DNA of 57,697 nucleotides, the filler included, from Catajapyx aquilonaris (Eukaryota): the NCBI GenBank assembly GCA_000934665.2. It is 2 parts of 2 records of this genome, joined end to end, with 100 filler letters (N's around TTAATTAATTAA, not from the genome) between each part and the next. Parts side by side here need not be neighbours in the genome. Positions count along the whole stretch, not along the records: positions 28,821 to 57,697 come from JYFJ02004889.1; 1 more part is not named here. One strand, 5' to 3'. The position numbers were made by a program, and so were the translations under genes. Under the pieces are notes generated by a model. That model was given only the letters and a program-made list of their open reading frames with translations, was not told the origin of the DNA and made no database searches. This document shows, in pieces, positions 55,023 through 57,697 of the stretch. Position 1 is the first letter of the stretch; every line of letters starts with the position of its first letter.

Positions 55023-55570
55023 TTAAACAATGTTTTTGCACTGCTCTTGAGGATGGTAGCTATCCTTAATAGATTCTTCGTACGAAGGCGGATTTGCTTC
55101 TGGAGATATCTCTGGGGATGAAGCTCCCTGCTCCAACAATGCCAAGGCATCCTTTCCATCTGTCGGGACAGTAGCTTCCTACAATTTGTAATTATTGTTA
55201 GTGACATTTTCTTACACTGCGCAATAATTTTTTGAGGACGTTTCATTCTTTAGATTTCGGAATGTGATTAGTGCCAAAAATCATATTTTGTATTATAGAA
55301 ATGAGTGTGTAATGTCCTTGCCTGATGATCAGCATTTTGAGGTCGAACATCCACGTTGATCATATTTGCCTGGATTGCCGCGTGTTCTGATGCCGAAATC
55401 ATAAAGACTGGTCGACGTTCTCTGCAGAATGATCTGAGACATTTCCAAAGGAGACTTACAAGTAGCACTATCCCTAATCCTGACACTGCGAGAGAATTAA
55501 AAGTTTCAGAAATGTCAGCAGCAACAATATTGAACGCACTATACTTACAATATAAAACTTTCTTGTCCAT
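55023..55570 (-). CDS. Array gene I: short N-terminus, single TM, PPSY (~113 aa), GC-AG second intron
   Basis: Exons 55570-55549, 55485-55322, 55178-55023: MDKKVLY-LSGLGIVLLVSLLWKCLRSFCRERR...NADHQ-EATVP...EANPPSYEESIK. The donor is CAG|GCAAGG at the position where paralogues have CAG|GT. Confidence 0.65.
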
Positions 55571-56099
55571 CTTAGAGGTGCACTGGGGAGTTCAAGAATG
55601 TTAACAACTTTGAGAGCATGTGCACAGCTTATACCTTTGGACACTGTTGCAAACGGAATTGAAGTAAGGGAAAGAAATGGTTCCGATACGATAATTCCAC
55701 GCTTTATCTCGACTTGCGGTTTGGTTGTGCTCTTTTATCAAGACGGCTTCCCTTTTAATTCGCACGTTTCATGTGAGGGGTACTGTACCACTGATGTGTA
55801 TTAATGCTCAACTTTTGGCAATAAAATTTATTATATTTCTATTCTTCCACGTGTAAACTTGACACGAAATGCACGATAGTATCAATAAGGTCAAAATTGA
55901 ATTAATATTTTCGTTGCCTTCATATATTCTGTTCAAATAACTAAACGCATATTATCCGTTACACATGCTTCACTATTTCTTGAGGTAATTTACATGCTTG
56001 GAGGGCCTTTATTACACTCTGTGCAAGTGTTTTTAAGAAGTAATACATTTTCCACTTTATCTAATAATTCGAATATATTATTTAGTGAAAAGCGTTACA

Positions 56100-56689
56100 T
56101 CAAGTGTCGATTTTGACAGTTTCAGTATACGGAGGTGGATCTTCTGTTGTCGGTTGTGGCAGTGATTCCTGGGGTTGTGCCTGGGGCAGTATATGGAGAT
56201 CAGTAGCCATGTTTGTTACTGCCTGGAAATAGACACCAAATTGTAAGCACATATTCGCAAAACACCATTACGAGTTACATTGCTCCACGATACATTTTTT
56301 GAATTTTTTTTGACAACCTGTGGTTCTCTTACCTGCATTTGAGTTAGATTGACTTGAACCATTTCCAAAACTCTCCTAGGGTTCCTCTCTGTTGCCGGTG
56401 CCTCCTCTGTGGTCTCTGTCTGTTTGAAGCAGCAGATACGGGCGCACCGGCAGCACCATACGAATATCAGCGCAGAGAAGAATAATGAAACTGGAAGAAT
56501 TCAGTAGTATAACACAATAATTCCATTCTTGTGGAAATGCAAGGCAGACTTTGCACAATATTGTAGCTTACCTAGACTGCCCCCATACAATGCGGTGTGT
56601 GACCCAGTAGGGTCAGTAGGTCCATCATATGGAAATGCCGTGGTGTTTGGCGAATTGGTGCTCCATAATAAGCTGTTGTTTTGCAACAT
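56100..56689 (-). CDS. Array gene J: Ser/Thr/Pro N-terminus with N-glycosylation sequons, single TM, PPPY (~132 aa)
   Basis: Exons 56689-56572, 56490-56333, 56222-56100: MLQNNSLLWSTNSPNTTAFPYDGPTDPTGSHTALYGGSL-VSLFFSALIFVWCCRCARICCFK...LTQMQ-AVTNM...TEDPPPYTETVKIDT. Confidence 0.78.
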
Positions 56690-57697
56690 ACTGGTAGTTG
56701 ACAACACAAATTGATGGGTGTACTGTACAGTACGTACAGTGCTAATGGAATGGGCTTATTCTTCAGAATTTGTGTAGTGCTCGCAATGGGTTTTTATCTC
56801 TGTTTCATTTGTCAGTTATCCAGCATTTGATTGGAGACTAGACAAGGAAGGCTTGGTTACATGACGAAGGTGAGATTTGAATAATGATCTCACCGTTGAG
56901 GAACGTCCTTCTCTTGTAAATAGCATTAAAGGTATCTTTTAGCTCGAATATTATGGAAAAGGAAATTGATTTTTTCCAGCATAAATATTGAAATCACACC
57001 TTAAACTATTAAAGCTTTCTTAATTATCAATATAAGTATGACAAAAATGATGCCATTTTTTGCATTTTGTTCCGCATTTCTCGGAGACAGTTTTAAAAAT
57101 CAGCATATTGGATGGTGATTGGCAGGAAACAATAATATGACTTTCCACAACAAGTAGCATGAATGTCACTGTGACTCTGAAGCCACATTTGACATTTTGC
57201 ATTTTTTATGCTGAACAGGATGGAATGATAATATTGATAAGGATTGGCATGCGATTATTGAGTCATGGAATATCCTGAGAGCTTTTGATTCTAAACCAAA
57301 TATTTATCTCCACTGTCCAAATGGCTGTTCAGATATTCAGAAATGATATAGCACTAGGACTAGGCGGTAACTGGCACCACATGGCACATTACTCTCTAGC
57401 ATTTGCCAGGCTGTGTCGTCATTGAAACATTTAGCCAGGCCAAGGTACAACAATCTGGAGTATTTTTCAGATGACAAGCATACAGGTTCATTCAAAATGG
57501 AACGACTGGCACATCCAGACTGGGTGATTCTGATGGATTGCCCAAGAAAATAATATGCTCATAATAGCCCTGTGGATATTGGAAGTCATAAATCAATTTG
57601 GACACAACAGATCCGATCTGTGTAAGCTTTATTATTGTTGGTCTAGCATTGTGCCCTAGTTTTATCAGAAGGAATCATGCTGCTTATTACTCATGAC

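Overview
Eukaryotic (animal, most likely arthropod) genomic DNA in two blocks joined by an artificial 100-bp spacer (N44-TTAATTAATTAA-N44, 28721-28820). The left block is repeat-rich with long introns. It holds an intronless DNL zinc-finger gene (DNLZ/Hep1, minus) head-to-head with a 5-exon menin (MEN1) gene, possible exons of a coiled-coil gene, several tRNA-derived SINEs, and many MITEs, including a multi-level nest in menin intron 3. The right block is compact. It holds the 3' exons of a PDE11-type phosphodiesterase, a somewhat divergent RACK1 (minus) head-to-head with the PP2A catalytic subunit, and an SLC25A16-type mitochondrial carrier (minus). From 43.8 to 56.7 kb lies a tandem array of ten small three-exon genes plus one orphan exon, which the ORF track shows only as fragments. 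They encode single-pass membrane proteins with juxtamembrane cysteines and mostly a C-terminal PPxY motif, and all share the same intron phases (1, 0). Members appear to have lost either the Cys-rich N-terminal domain or the PPxY motif. This array is the best candidate for an undescribed system. Exon structures were derived by hand from splice signals and frame continuity; family assignments are from recall, not database searches.
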